From NCBI GenBank assembly GCA_019057475.1, contig DXJO01000038.1:32001-96000 (forward strand): DNA of 64,000 nucleotides. The letters are read 5' to 3'. The stretch comes from Candidatus Thorarchaeota archaeon (lineage in GTDB: Archaea; Asgardarchaeota; Thorarchaeia; Thorarchaeales; Thorarchaeaceae). Shown here one piece after another: positions 48,274 to 59,053 of this stretch. Numbering within the stretch: the stretch's first letter is position 1; the number at the start of each line of letters is the position of its first letter. Both the position numbers and the translations under genes were made by a program. Under the pieces are notes generated by a model. The model was not told the origin of the DNA, did not search any database, and worked only from the letters and a program-made list of their open reading frames with translations.

Positions 48274-49362
48274 TCACTGCTTCATTTTAAATCTCAGAAT
48301 CGCAGCGATACCGCTTAGGTTATGCAATTGGTTTCCTGCTGGATGATCTGTTGAAACAATATGGAACTCTGCACGAATCTTCTCAACATCACGAATGAGC
48401 CGGTCCATCTTGCGCCTTTGCTCGTCAGTGCCCTCTCTAAGCTTCTTATCCGTAATAAGCAGGGTTTCTACTGCCCCGAACTGCACAGCCTTCTTCACTT
48501 CATCATCGCCATACGCAGCTAAACCGTTATCTTTTGTAAGGTATTCTATCAGCTTCTCGATAAGCTGAGTTTCAGCCTCCAGCTTCAATCCCTTAATCGC
48601 CTTGCCGATAATGCCACGAAATAGAATCTCCTTTGCCCCTGGAATCCCTATTGAGTTAGCACTCTCAGCGACAACTGAAGGAAGGTCTTTCACTCCTGCT
48701 GATATCAGATGATTCTTGAAATGGTCTTTGACGAAGCCAGGACCGGCAATGACAATCAATCCGATATCATTCTGTTCAATCTGCGAACGCACAGCAAGAG
48801 TTACACTCGAAAAGAATTCCTTCATGGTCTTATCGTGTGATTTCTGATCTCCTCGTTTCCGAGATATGGTAGTCCTAACCCGGACGCCCTTACTCAGTCC
48901 GAAGTCAGCAGCCAGGAAGAGCTCAGCCATACCATCCTCAATAGTTACTATCAGACAGACAGGGGTTCCTTGCGACTTCTCAGCTTGCCTCAGTCGCGTT
49001 AGTAGATATCCTGGCCAGTGGTCCTTAATGATTGTCAATGTCCTCCCTGGCTCCACGTTGATGGTGTGATGAGATCCTATGTTCACCAAGTCATCGGGGC
49101 CTTCAAGAACGGTACCAAGTATTCTCACTCTATTGCTGAATGTATGAAATGACACATCCTCCACGCTTATCTTGAGAGTCATGGGTTTCCGGACGCTATC
49201 CTGTTTTCTACCATCCTCATCACCCACTCTCACTCGCCGCATAGTCCGAGAAATAACTTGGTCTCCAGGGCCTACTACGTTGTAGAGATGCCAGAGATCA
49301 TCGAGGGTATCAACCTTTAGTTTGATTTTGCCCTCCTTCAGGATTCTTTTCAGGACCTTCAA
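48274..49362 (-). CDS. pelA: Pelota/Dom34 mRNA surveillance protein
   Basis: DDLWHLYN, HHTI, AGPGFVK, GIAAILRF. Confidence 0.95.
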   Translation of the reverse strand: MKVLKRILKEGKIKLKVDTLDDLWHLYNVVGPGDQVISRTMRRVRVGDEDGRKQDSVRKPMTLKISVEDVSFHTFSNRVRILGTVLEGPDDLVNIGSHHTINVEPGRTLTIIKDHWPGYLLTRLRQAEKSQGTPVCLIVTIEDGMAELFLAADFGLSKGVRVRTTISRKRGDQKSHDKTMKEFFSSVTLAVRSQIEQNDIGLIVIAGPGFVKDHFKNHLISAGVKDLPSVVAESANSIGIPGAKEILFRGIIGKAIKGLKLEAETQLIEKLIEYLTKDNGLAAYGDDEVKKAVQFGAVETLLITDKKLREGTDEQRRKMDRLIRDVEKIRAEFHIVSTDHPAGNQLHNLSGIAAILRFKMKQ

Positions 49363-49390
49363 AGCGACACCGCCAGTCTGCGAATGGGCT

Positions 49391-50833
49391 CTAGAAGAAA
49401 TAGTCTCCGTAGCTCTCGTGTGATTTCTCTGTTTGCTTCATGTAAAGACCATGAATTGAATTGGCATCAAATCCTTTGGTCACTTCCTTTGCCCGCTCAA
49501 CTTGCTCTTTGTAGACTGCATCGTGCCCCTCATGTACAGCAAGATCTCCTGCTACCCTGACAAGGCCACCCAATTCGCGTAATCGCAGTGTGAGAGCCTC
49601 TCTTTGTCCATCAAGTCGAAACGCTATCTTCTCAGCAGTTTCCAGAACGGAATGAACTGCATCAACTGTGAGGTGCGGGACTCTCCCGTCTTCCACAACT
49701 GTTTGTGCAATGAATCGCACTAACGAGTCCAAGTTCTCGGTGTTTTTCTTCATCCATGAGGAGAGCATGATTTCATAGCCATAGCCGCGAATTCTTGACC
49801 TGAGGGGTGGTAAAATGCTGGGCAGATCCTCTACATTGCATGCTGCGAAAAGAACGAAATCACATGGTACATCATCGACTCGCACGGCGGCCCCCGAACT
49901 CTGTGGGTTATGTCCTGTAATTGGATACTTCTTGTCTTGCATGGCGGTGAGAAGATGCTTCTGAAGTTGTCCTAATGCATTCAACTCGTCAATGTATAAG
50001 ATACCCTCATGCGCTTCGTGAATGGCCCCTGGCACAACTCTAAGGTGAGCAGGCTTACCCATTGGTTCTGCAGTTCCATAGGGGTCATGCTTAACATCTC
50101 CAAGGAGTTCAACAGGGCTGGCGCCACTTACCCGGATAAACCGCGTTGAGCTTCCGGGAATCAAGACTCGCCAATCATTGTCCTCCACATTGCTTTGTTG
50201 ACGATGCTGAATATTCTGCCTGAATCTAGTTACTCTGATAGTGTCCGAATCTGTTCTTTCATAGACGATTTCATACCCGACTCCATTCACGGATTCTTGA
50301 TGAGTGACCTCGTTCAATGCAGGGGCTCTCACAACGTCCAGCATTCTAAAGAGCCCGTGGAACGATGCGCCACAGTCCATATCAGCCCTCTTTGCGGCTC
50401 CACATTCCATGCAGGTACTGTGACTAGGTAGTGAGAAGCTCCCACATTTGGAGCATCTGTACCCCATCTCTGCAGCAACTTCGAAGGGGATCTCATGCGG
50501 CCGCATGTACACTGTATCACTGGGCTGTTCTCGAACATCCGATGGGACACAATCCTCGTTAGCCCTTACAACTATGACCTCTGGCCTGTCGACTTGGTTT
50601 GGGTTATGACGAAGCACAATCTCCTCTGCTGGTGGTGGAAGCAGAGAATGCGCGGCTTTGGCAAGCATCGACTTCCCTACGCCGGGTGCTCCACAGAGCA
50701 GAACGTGTCTGTGTTGGGTTACTGCGGAGCGAACTAGAGTGACAGCGTGCTCCTGACCTACTATCATCTCAAACAGATCGTTGCCTACTGGTATTCCCTC
50801 TGTGGTCTCCAGTCCGTCGAGTAGAGATGTCAA
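49391..50833 (-). CDS. LonB-like AAA+ ATPase lacking the protease domain
   Basis: GQEHA, GAPGVGKS, LLGDVKHDPY, ILYIDE, LRLRELGGLVR; ends before any Ser-Lys protease domain. Confidence 0.85.
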   Translation of the reverse strand: MTSLLDGLETTEGIPVGNDLFEMIVGQEHAVTLVRSAVTQHRHVLLCGAPGVGKSMLAKAAHSLLPPPAEEIVLRHNPNQVDRPEVIVVRANEDCVPSDVREQPSDTVYMRPHEIPFEVAAEMGYRCSKCGSFSLPSHSTCMECGAAKRADMDCGASFHGLFRMLDVVRAPALNEVTHQESVNGVGYEIVYERTDSDTIRVTRFRQNIQHRQQSNVEDNDWRVLIPGSSTRFIRVSGASPVELLGDVKHDPYGTAEPMGKPAHLRVVPGAIHEAHEGILYIDELNALGQLQKHLLTAMQDKKYPITGHNPQSSGAAVRVDDVPCDFVLFAACNVEDLPSILPPLRSRIRGYGYEIMLSSWMKKNTENLDSLVRFIAQTVVEDGRVPHLTVDAVHSVLETAEKIAFRLDGQREALTLRLRELGGLVRVAGDLAVHEGHDAVYKEQVERAKEVTKGFDANSIHGLYMKQTEKSHESYGDYFF

Positions 50834-50939
50834 GTCATAAAGCCTCGGCCTTCTCTTGCCGATGGAACATGCTGTGATTCGTGAGATAATTCCTTGTAAT
50901 ACATCAGGGCTGCGTTGAGCTGAGTGGCATATTTATGGG

Positions 50940-53456
50940 CTATTCATCTGATTCTGCCACTTTCACGGTAGGTATGAGGCCCTTCCTCCTGAGTGGCGCC
51001 TCAATCCTCTTCCTCGCCTTTTCATTCTCTTCTTTGATCTTATCAATTCCAATGTCTTCAAGCTGCTGAGACATCTCCTTTATAGTGTTCACAAAGATGA
51101 GGCCCTCTGCAGCGGAGATTTCTTTCCAGCGGAGTCTCTCAGGGCTAATCCCGGCTCCCTCTACCACTTTGGCGTATCTCTCGATGCGCTCCTTGGCAAC
51201 CCAGTTTCCGGAGATGTAATGACAATCTGTGGGTAAGTGACAGCCACCGACTAGCACCATGCCTGCACCCAGCCTGTAGGCCTCAGCCACGAAGTCCGTG
51301 TCCACTCGTCCAGAGCACATCACCCGGATGATTCTGGCTGTCGGCGGGTACTCGAAACGACTCGTTCCTGCTAGGTCTGAGCCACTGTAGCAGCACCAGT
51401 TGCAGGCGAAGACCAGTATCTTCTCCTCTGCTTTGTCTTCAAGTGCCGCTCTGATCTGAGCCATTATTTGTTCATCTGTGAAGTGCATCTGAGTTATGGC
51501 GTCTTGTGGGCAAGATGCAACACAAGTTCCACAGCCGTGGCAGTTGGCGACGTTGACTACTGCAGCCTTGCCTTCAAGGGCGTTTATGGCCCCATATGGG
51601 CACTTGTCAACACAGATACCACATTTCCTATCCGTGTTTACGCACGTTTCTGGGTCAATTACTGCAACAATGGGCTCGATTTCCACGGTTTTCTTGGACA
51701 GTACAGTCGCAGCCCTTGCTGCGGCCCCACTGCCCTGAGCAACTGAATATGGAATATCCTTGAGACCCTGACATGCACCAGCCAGGTATATTCCATCAAC
51801 AGGCGTGTCTAGGGGTTTAAGCTTCGGATGTGATTCCATGAAGAACCCATCCCCGCTTCGAGTGATGTGCAGTTTACTGCCAAGTTCGTTAGTACCCTCG
51901 CTGGGCTCGCCAGCCGTCGAGAGTATTAGCAGATCTACCTCAACCTCGATAGGCTCACCCAGAAGGGCATCTTCTGTCCTGATGATGAGGTTCTTTGTGT
52001 CCGGGTCTTCGATGACCTCGTAGGGTCTGCCCTTGATGAATGTGAATCCTGACTCTCTTCCTCGTCTGTAGAAGTCCTCGTAGCCCTTTCCAGAGGTCCG
52101 CATGTCAATGTAGAAGATGTAAATTTCCGTGTCTGGTTCATGCTCCTTGATTAGAACTGAATTTTTGATCGTATACATGCAGCAGAAGTTCGAACAGTAC
52201 TCGTACTTGTTAATGTCCCTTGAGCCAACACACTGAATGAACCCGACCCTCTTCGGGTGCTTTCCATCCGACCTGCGGATGACCTCCCCCCCGGTTGGTC
52301 CACCTGCGCACACAAGTCGCTCTACCTCAAGCGCGGTAAGCACGTTGTCAAACTTACCATAGCCATAATATCCCTTTTCCGCTGGCTTGCTCTCTGACCC
52401 AGGTATTGGTTCATACATTGAGTGGAAACCAGTCGCTACGACTATGGTGCCAACCTCTACCTCAATCTCCTCGGGCTCTTGGGAGAAGTTTATGGCTTGC
52501 CTATCGCCGCAGGCGTCAATACACATGAAACACTCAATACAGTGATCCATGTTTATCGTGAAGACAAGTGGAACTGCTTGGGGAAATGGAATTGATATCG
52601 CCTTTCGCGTTCCGAGGTTCTGCTCCCAGCTGTTTGGATATTCTATTGGACAACTCTCGACACACTCGCCACAGCCTGTGCATTCTGACTGTATCACGTA
52701 TCTTGCTTTCTTCAGAATCTTGACCCTGAAGTTGCCAATGTAGCCATCAACACTGAGTATGTCTGCGTACGAGATAATCTCGATGTTCGGGTTTCTGGAA
52801 CATTCGACCATCTTCGGTCCTTCGATGCAAATCGAGCAGTCTAACGTTGGGAATGTCTTGTCGAGTTGAGCCATGTGGCCTCCAATGCTCTCGTCGCGCT
52901 CCACAAGATAGGTCTTGAATCCCATGTTCGCTAGGTCCAGAGCGGAATGGATTCCAGTAACTCCGCCGCCTATTACCATGGCTTTCGGGGTGACTGGGAC
53001 CTCAAACTTCTGGAGTGGTGCCAAGAGTCGAGCTTTAGCCACCGCCATCTTGATGATCTCTTTTGCCTTCTCTTGTGTAGCCTCTCCCTTGGGGTGGCAC
53101 CATGAACAGTGCTCCCTTATGTTTGCCATTTCAAAATAGAACTCATTGAGACCTGCATCTTTGACAGTGGTCCTGAAGGTTGGCTCATGCATTCTCGGAG
53201 AACAAGCCGCCACCACAACTCTAGTGAGGTCGTGCTCTGCTATTGCCTTTCTAATTTCATCTTGTCCTGGGTCAGCACAAGTATAGCGATTCTGCTTAAC
53301 GAAAACAACATCTGCCAGTTTCTTGGAGTACTCTTCGAGGTCGTCCATGTCAAGAGTTCCAGCGATATTCAAGCCACAGTGGCAGAGGAACACACCTACG
53401 CGGGGCTCCCTGAAATCTACTACCTTGGTAGCGGTATCTGTCTTTGACTCTGTCAT
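50940..53456 (-). CDS. hdrA: Heterodisulfide reductase subunit A fused to MvhD
   Basis: CHCGLNI, ACSP, GGGVTG, DKTFPTLDC, CVGSRD, ferredoxin inserts; C-terminal CNWCCY..RVMCSGR MvhD domain. Confidence 0.95.
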   Translation of the reverse strand: MTESKTDTATKVVDFREPRVGVFLCHCGLNIAGTLDMDDLEEYSKKLADVVFVKQNRYTCADPGQDEIRKAIAEHDLTRVVVAACSPRMHEPTFRTTVKDAGLNEFYFEMANIREHCSWCHPKGEATQEKAKEIIKMAVAKARLLAPLQKFEVPVTPKAMVIGGGVTGIHSALDLANMGFKTYLVERDESIGGHMAQLDKTFPTLDCSICIEGPKMVECSRNPNIEIISYADILSVDGYIGNFRVKILKKARYVIQSECTGCGECVESCPIEYPNSWEQNLGTRKAISIPFPQAVPLVFTINMDHCIECFMCIDACGDRQAINFSQEPEEIEVEVGTIVVATGFHSMYEPIPGSESKPAEKGYYGYGKFDNVLTALEVERLVCAGGPTGGEVIRRSDGKHPKRVGFIQCVGSRDINKYEYCSNFCCMYTIKNSVLIKEHEPDTEIYIFYIDMRTSGKGYEDFYRRGRESGFTFIKGRPYEVIEDPDTKNLIIRTEDALLGEPIEVEVDLLILSTAGEPSEGTNELGSKLHITRSGDGFFMESHPKLKPLDTPVDGIYLAGACQGLKDIPYSVAQGSGAAARAATVLSKKTVEIEPIVAVIDPETCVNTDRKCGICVDKCPYGAINALEGKAAVVNVANCHGCGTCVASCPQDAITQMHFTDEQIMAQIRAALEDKAEEKILVFACNWCCYSGSDLAGTSRFEYPPTARIIRVMCSGRVDTDFVAEAYRLGAGMVLVGGCHLPTDCHYISGNWVAKERIERYAKVVEGAGISPERLRWKEISAAEGLIFVNTIKEMSQQLEDIGIDKIKEENEKARKRIEAPLRRKGLIPTVKVAESDE

Positions 53457-53458
53457 TG

Positions 53459-54352
53459 TTAGTCACCGCCAGCTCCAATCACTTGTCTCCTCGCCATGGA
53501 CTCGGCTATCTTGGAGGTTCTCTTTGTTTGCATCTCCTGTTCCAATGCTGTGCCTGTGGTCAACTTCTCCAATGTTTTGTTCCACGCCCCGGACTTCACC
53601 TGAGTGTGACGGATTGAGGTACGGGTCACTGTCAATGCTTCTGGTTCTGGACAGACCTTGACACACGCTTCACAATAGACGCAGAATTTGTCTATTGGGT
53701 AGACCTTTCCATCGTCCCTGAGCCCCAAGGCATCCACTGGGCACACATCGAAGCAGTTCTGGCAACCCTCAGGACACCGCTCCTGTTCTATCTTGATTGA
53801 CCCATGGAAGATCTTACGGACTTTGATTGCACCATCCGTCTTGTCTTCGCAGACTCTGCAACACGGACAGGACTTCCCATCGATTGAAATTTCACCATCT
53901 TCGACGGAGATGAGCCCTAGTGGACAGAGTGTTTCTGCTCTTTTAATATAGGGCGCAATCTTCGACTCGTCTATGACAATCTCACGGATATACTCGGGGA
54001 AGGCCTCGATTTGGTGTACACAGACTATAGGCTCCCCATTGATGGTGTGTGTTATCGCTGCGAAGGGACAGGTCGCCTCACAGATACCACAATGATCGCA
54101 CAAGTGTGGGTCAATGTCAATCTGGGCTCTCACAGCTCTTTCTTTGCCATCAATGACTTCCTTAGGTCGTTCGTGAAGAGATATTGCGCTTGTGTGGCAG
54201 ACTCTCTCACAAATACCACACCCCCTGCACGTTTCTCTATCAACAATCAGAAGGAATCGCTTAGTATAGAGCCCACGCTCGATTGTCAGAGTGCGGTCGT
54301 CTTCAGTTCTGATGAGTTTTAGCGGCACTATTCTTCCTCCAAGGACGAACAC
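53459..54352 (-). CDS. Polyferredoxin (FwdF-like)
   Basis: Multiple CxxCxxCxxxCP motifs. Confidence 0.85.
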   Translation of the reverse strand: MFVLGGRIVPLKLIRTEDDRTLTIERGLYTKRFLLIVDRETCRGCGICERVCHTSAISLHERPKEVIDGKERAVRAQIDIDPHLCDHCGICEATCPFAAITHTINGEPIVCVHQIEAFPEYIREIVIDESKIAPYIKRAETLCPLGLISVEDGEISIDGKSCPCCRVCEDKTDGAIKVRKIFHGSIKIEQERCPEGCQNCFDVCPVDALGLRDDGKVYPIDKFCVYCEACVKVCPEPEALTVTRTSIRHTQVKSGAWNKTLEKLTTGTALEQEMQTKRTSKIAESMARRQVIGAGGD

Positions 54353-54584
54353 TTAGTCCTAGTTCCGTCCAACACTCCTGTCCATCGGGCGATGCATGGC
54401 ATGTGCTATTCAAATCTGTTTTGCAGACTTAGACCTGCCAATGGGTTTACTTCGGTTTTGAGTTCTCCTTCTTAAATACTAGGAAATAGCGCACACTCAG
54501 ATGACGATATGGTTCATTCATCTACCGAATAACCCTTCCCGATACCTATAATTATAGCAGTGCAGGGCTAATCGAATCAGTCTT

Positions 54585-56498
54585 GTGACACATGAAGAAC
54601 TGAGAGAGTGTTTCGTATTGGATGGATATGCAGGAAAGATACTCTATGTTGACTTGACATCTGGTGTGTCCAGAACCGAGCCGCTTCCCGAGAAGATGGC
54701 TGAGGACTTTCTGGGAGGCGCCGGATTTGGAATCAAGATGATAACTGACCTTCAGCGGCCAGGAGCTGATGCCTTTGACCCTGAGAACCCTATTGTCTTT
54801 TCACTGGGTACCTTCTGTGGCGTGATGGTTCCGGCGGCAAGCAGCAAGTGGGGGGTTGCGGCCAAGTCACCTCAATCAAACGCCCTTGGAGAGGCCTACT
54901 CAACAGGATTCTTTGGATCCGAGATGAGGCGGGCAGGCTACGATATCGTAGTGATAACGGGCAAGGCGAAGAGCCCCGTTTACCTCTACATCGAGAATGA
55001 ATCAGTACAGTTGATGGATGCCTCACATCTCTGGGGGAAGGACAACTGGGAAACTGAAGACATGATAAAGGAGGAGCTAGGCGACCCGGACGTTCGAGTG
55101 GCATCCATAGGACCGGCCGGGGAAAAGCTAGTACGATTCGCATGCATCATCAATGACAGACTGCGCGCAGCAGGACGGACCGGAATGGGCGCAGTCATGG
55201 GTTCGAAGCTGCTCAAGGCAGTCGCTGTGAGAGGCACCGCAGATATCACTGTGGCTGACGTTGAGAAGTTCAAGGAGCTGTCCTTTGAGATGTACAATCG
55301 TGCCAAAGGGCCTGCGACTGAGAAGTATCGAGGGCTTGGCACGGCAGGCAACGTGCTAGTGCTCAATAAGGCCGCAGCCATGCCGACAAGGAACTGGCAG
55401 GACGCAGTCTTTGAGGGCGCCGAAACAATAAGTGGGGAGTATGTGAATGAGCATTATGTCACAAAGATTCAGGGATGCGATGGCTGTGGAAGCAGATGCG
55501 AACATGTGGCCACTGTAAATGAGGGACCATACAAAGGAGCCATTGGGCGAGTCGAATACGAACCAATCTACTCTCTTGGTTCCTGCACAGGCATTGACCG
55601 GCTAGATGCAATTATCAGATCAGTACAGCTATGTGATCTCTACGGGCTGGATGCATTGTCTGCAGGGGTTGCCGTTGCTTTCGGTATGGAGCTTTTTGAG
55701 AAGGGTTTAATCACTGAGAAAGACACTGGCGGAATTGACCTTCACTTTGGGAACGCAGAAGCGCAGACTGAGATGCTTCGGAAGATTGCCTTCAGAGAGG
55801 ACATAGGAGATATCCTAGCTGAAGGCGTGAAGAGGGCATCAGAGAAGATTGGTAAAGGCTCAAAGGCCTTTGCTATGCACATCAAGGGTGTCGAGATGAC
55901 TGGTTATGATGTCCGGGGTCTCAAGACAGCTGCTCTGGGCTACGCTGTTTCCCGAAGGGGTGCTGACCATCAGCGTCATGGAGCATACGGTCCAGACCTA
56001 AAGGGTACAGTAGACCGTTTCAAGGCTGACAAGGATCGTGGACCCCTTGTTGTAGATGGAGAAGATCTGTACAGTGTGATGGACTCACTCATCCTTTGCA
56101 AGTTCAACAGAGGAATCTGGAACTACGATGAGATGGCCCAGATGTACACTTACGTCACCGGGCTTCCAATGACTGGGAAAAAGATACGCCAAGCCGGAGA
56201 GAGAATCAGCAACCTAGCTAGGATATACAATATCCGTGAGGGCCTTGGCAGAGCTGATGATAACTTGCCCATACGGTGCATGAAGGACCCCATCAAGTCT
56301 GGGGTAGCAAAAGGCAGTCTTGTGACACAAAAGGATCTGGATATTCTACTCGATGGCTACTATGAAGCACGTGGTTGGACCAACAAAGGCGTCCCGACAA
56401 AGGCGAAAATCGACGAACTGGGTCTGAGTGAATACTACCAGTACCTCAAGGGATTGGCCAAGACACCGAAAGCCGAAAAGGCTGAGAAGGAGGGTTAG
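54585..56498 (+). CDS. aor: Tungsten-containing aldehyde:ferredoxin oxidoreductase family enzyme
   Basis: GYAGKIL.VDL, SIGPAGE, GRTGMGAVMGSK, CDGC..C, EYE, DLYGLD, YYEARGW. Confidence 0.93.
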   Translation: MTHEELRECFVLDGYAGKILYVDLTSGVSRTEPLPEKMAEDFLGGAGFGIKMITDLQRPGADAFDPENPIVFSLGTFCGVMVPAASSKWGVAAKSPQSNALGEAYSTGFFGSEMRRAGYDIVVITGKAKSPVYLYIENESVQLMDASHLWGKDNWETEDMIKEELGDPDVRVASIGPAGEKLVRFACIINDRLRAAGRTGMGAVMGSKLLKAVAVRGTADITVADVEKFKELSFEMYNRAKGPATEKYRGLGTAGNVLVLNKAAAMPTRNWQDAVFEGAETISGEYVNEHYVTKIQGCDGCGSRCEHVATVNEGPYKGAIGRVEYEPIYSLGSCTGIDRLDAIIRSVQLCDLYGLDALSAGVAVAFGMELFEKGLITEKDTGGIDLHFGNAEAQTEMLRKIAFREDIGDILAEGVKRASEKIGKGSKAFAMHIKGVEMTGYDVRGLKTAALGYAVSRRGADHQRHGAYGPDLKGTVDRFKADKDRGPLVVDGEDLYSVMDSLILCKFNRGIWNYDEMAQMYTYVTGLPMTGKKIRQAGERISNLARIYNIREGLGRADDNLPIRCMKDPIKSGVAKGSLVTQKDLDILLDGYYEARGWTNKGVPTKAKIDELGLSEYYQYLKGLAKTPKAEKAEKEG

Positions 56499-56993
56499 AT
56501 GATGTTACCGAGAGAACACAAGTTTGTGTCTGCAGACCCCAATCTGTGTACTGGGTGTAATGTTTGTGTGTATGCTTGTGCCCTTGAGAAGGATGGCGTG
56601 TTCAATCCATTGAGATCAAGGATTCGGGCGGTCAGGCTCTATCCAAGCGGCAACATTGCAATCACATGTAGACTCTGTGAGAGTGCACCCTGTGTCATTG
56701 CATGTCCAAGAGATGCGCTTACACAATCAGAAGAGAATGGTATAATCCTAGTAGATGATGACAAGTGTGATGGCTGTGGATGGTGCCTTGAAGCATGCGA
56801 CTTCGGTGCAATCACTATCCATCCTGTGACAAAGAAGGCAATAGTGTGCGATCTTTGCGATGGAGAACCCAAGTGCATCGAGATCTGCCCCGTGGAGGCT
56901 CTTTCCCTCGCTAGTCGGGACACTCATGCCACAATATCTCGGATAGAAGCCTCAAGGAAGCTCCTGAAGGCCCAAGAAGAATCAGAACTCTAG
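56499..56993 (+). CDS. 4Fe-4S dicluster ferredoxin subunit (AOR-associated)
   Basis: Four Cys clusters, DmsB/HycB-like. Confidence 0.9.
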   Translation: MMLPREHKFVSADPNLCTGCNVCVYACALEKDGVFNPLRSRIRAVRLYPSGNIAITCRLCESAPCVIACPRDALTQSEENGIILVDDDKCDGCGWCLEACDFGAITIHPVTKKAIVCDLCDGEPKCIEICPVEALSLASRDTHATISRIEASRKLLKAQEESEL

Positions 56994-57005
56994 AGTTGGC
57001 CGAAC

Positions 57006-57530
57006 TCACGTTCGGTCCTTCTCTTTCCTTTTTCTCTCAGCTATTTCACGAATAAGCTGCTTCACTGCACTCTGTTCTCCATGAATCACCACAAGTTTCG
57101 GTGACTCCTCCTTCATAGTGAGTCCTTGGTGCGTCGCAGTTTCTCTCAGCTCGTCAATGGTCACTGTATCGCCAATCTCAACTCGAATCCAATAGTCGCC
57201 CCTAGGTATTCCCGCTGGAAACCCTCTCTTTGCATCCACAGGCTCTGGTTTGCTGTGCCTGGCTTTGCCTATCTTCTGAAGCCAGTCATTGGAATATTCC
57301 TTACCAACCTCCTTCTCGGCCAGGTTGAGTAGTTCTGACTCCAAATCAACGAGATAAGCCTCGATTGTCGTAATTGTATCCTCATAGGTCGGATCGGCAT
57401 CGTATATTGCAATGGTCGCGCGCGTAGAACGAAGTTTCTTTGCTATGTGGTCTGGAATGCTCACCCCCTTGGCTTTCAGCGCAGGCACAAGCTCTTCAAG
57501 GACTTTCCAGACAGCAGAATAATTCTCCAT
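57006..57530 (-). CDS. DUF2096-like archaeal protein
   Basis: WKVLEEL..L..GV.IP, LESELL, GIPRG..WIRV; adjacent to hdrBC. Confidence 0.65.
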   Translation of the reverse strand: MENYSAVWKVLEELVPALKAKGVSIPDHIAKKLRSTRATIAIYDADPTYEDTITTIEAYLVDLESELLNLAEKEVGKEYSNDWLQKIGKARHSKPEPVDAKRGFPAGIPRGDYWIRVEIGDTVTIDELRETATHQGLTMKEESPKLVVIHGEQSAVKQLIREIAERKRKEKDRT

Positions 57531-57569
57531 CCTTCTTCAGCTCCATGCTTTCCTCACAGACTGACCAAC

Positions 57570-58502
57570 TCACGCCGCCTGCGCCATTGCGGTCAGGAAC
57601 CCTTCGGGTTTCACCTTTAGCCCATCCAAAGCCAGTTCTTCAGCCGGTATTCCCATTGCCAGACCTAGTAGCTGAGTGAAATGTAGTACTGGTATGTTGT
57701 AGGTTTCGTCAAACATCTTCTCAGCGGAGGACTGATATTGATCATACATCAAGTGACAACTGGGACATATGGTAGTCATTGCGTCAGCTTGGGCATTTTT
57801 GACGTTGCGGAATTTGTCTGCGATTAAATTCAAAGGTAAATCAAGATTGACACCTGCTATCACTGCACCACAGCATTCCTTCTCGTCTGCATACCTCACA
57901 GGCTCAGCACCCAGCAGTGCAATGAACTCTCGAAGGAATTCGGGGTCCTCAAAGTCGTCAAATTCTAGATACTTGGAGGGCATCAAGAGGTGACAACCAT
58001 AATGGGCGGCTATTCTCATACCGCTGAGAGGGCGCTTGATGTAGGTCTTGAGTTTCTCAAATCCAATGTCTTCGACAAGGACTCTAAGCAGATGCTTGAC
58101 TTCTATGGTTCCCTGGAACTTTGCACGAATGGTCTTGAGGTATCTGTTGACGCGCTCTCTACTCCCTCTGTTTCCCTTCAGATGTTTATTCGTCTTCATT
58201 AGCTGTCCTGTACAACCAGAACAGAGTGTGAGTATGTCTAGACCTTTCTTCTCTGCGATGGCTAGGTTTCGCGCAGACAGAGCAAGAGTCATCTCGTGGT
58301 TGACTGCATCAATCGGAAGGCCGCAGCAATTGGCTCCCTTCATCTCCACGAGTTTTACTCCAAGCTCTTTCAGGACTCTCCTTGCAGATATCTCGTAGGC
58401 ACGCTCACGTAAGGGGGTCGCACAGCCCAGATAGAATGCATATTTTAAAACAGCGTCCTTCTTCGGCTCTGAATTTCCCGCGCTCTCTGACTTGCCACTC
58501 AT
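57570..58502 (-). CDS. hdrB: Heterodisulfide reductase subunit B
   Basis: Two CCG domains (NCCG..CSGC; HYGCH..CCG..CPSC). Confidence 0.95.
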   Translation of the reverse strand: MSGKSESAGNSEPKKDAVLKYAFYLGCATPLRERAYEISARRVLKELGVKLVEMKGANCCGLPIDAVNHEMTLALSARNLAIAEKKGLDILTLCSGCTGQLMKTNKHLKGNRGSRERVNRYLKTIRAKFQGTIEVKHLLRVLVEDIGFEKLKTYIKRPLSGMRIAAHYGCHLLMPSKYLEFDDFEDPEFLREFIALLGAEPVRYADEKECCGAVIAGVNLDLPLNLIADKFRNVKNAQADAMTTICPSCHLMYDQYQSSAEKMFDETYNIPVLHFTQLLGLAMGIPAEELALDGLKVKPEGFLTAMAQAA

Positions 58503-59053
58503 TCTTTGTCCTCCTTCTCGGCGATTGTTTCATGAAATCCTGTGGCTTTAGCCAGCTTTTCCATGTGTGCTGGCGGTGTTTCGGAAAGTGGCGGGAGTCC
58601 TATCGCTATTCTCTTTTTCATCTTAAATTTCGAGATTTTATGCGCATAGCCAGCGTTTAGGATGTTCTTCCCGACTTCTCTATAGACCCTCGGTATGTAG
58701 CCCTTTTTCACTGCCAGATTCTGGAACACGCGAAGCACATCCTTGACTTCTACCCCCTGGGGGCAATGATCGGTACATGTGTAGCAGGCGGCACACAACC
58801 ATAGTGTATCGCTGGATAGAAGCCTCTCCTCAAGTCCCAGTTGGGCCAGCCGTATTGCTGTACGAGGGCGGTACGAGTCTGTGATGTCAGCTATCGGGCA
58901 GCAGGAAGTACAGGTCCCACATTGGAAGCAGTACTTGAGGGTTTCTCCACCAGGCATGCTCAACACCTCATGCTTGAACTCTGGATCGACCCTTGAGGGT
59001 GTCTGCAGTTTCACTCCTTCAGATTCTACAGCATTATCGGTCATATCATCCAC
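58499..59053 (-). CDS. hdrC: Heterodisulfide reductase subunit C
   Basis: CFQCGTCTSCCP, WLCAACYTCTDHCPQ. Confidence 0.95.
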   Translation of the reverse strand: MDDMTDNAVESEGVKLQTPSRVDPEFKHEVLSMPGGETLKYCFQCGTCTSCCPIADITDSYRPRTAIRLAQLGLEERLLSSDTLWLCAACYTCTDHCPQGVEVKDVLRVFQNLAVKKGYIPRVYREVGKNILNAGYAHKISKFKMKKRIAIGLPPLSETPPAHMEKLAKATGFHETIAEKEDKE

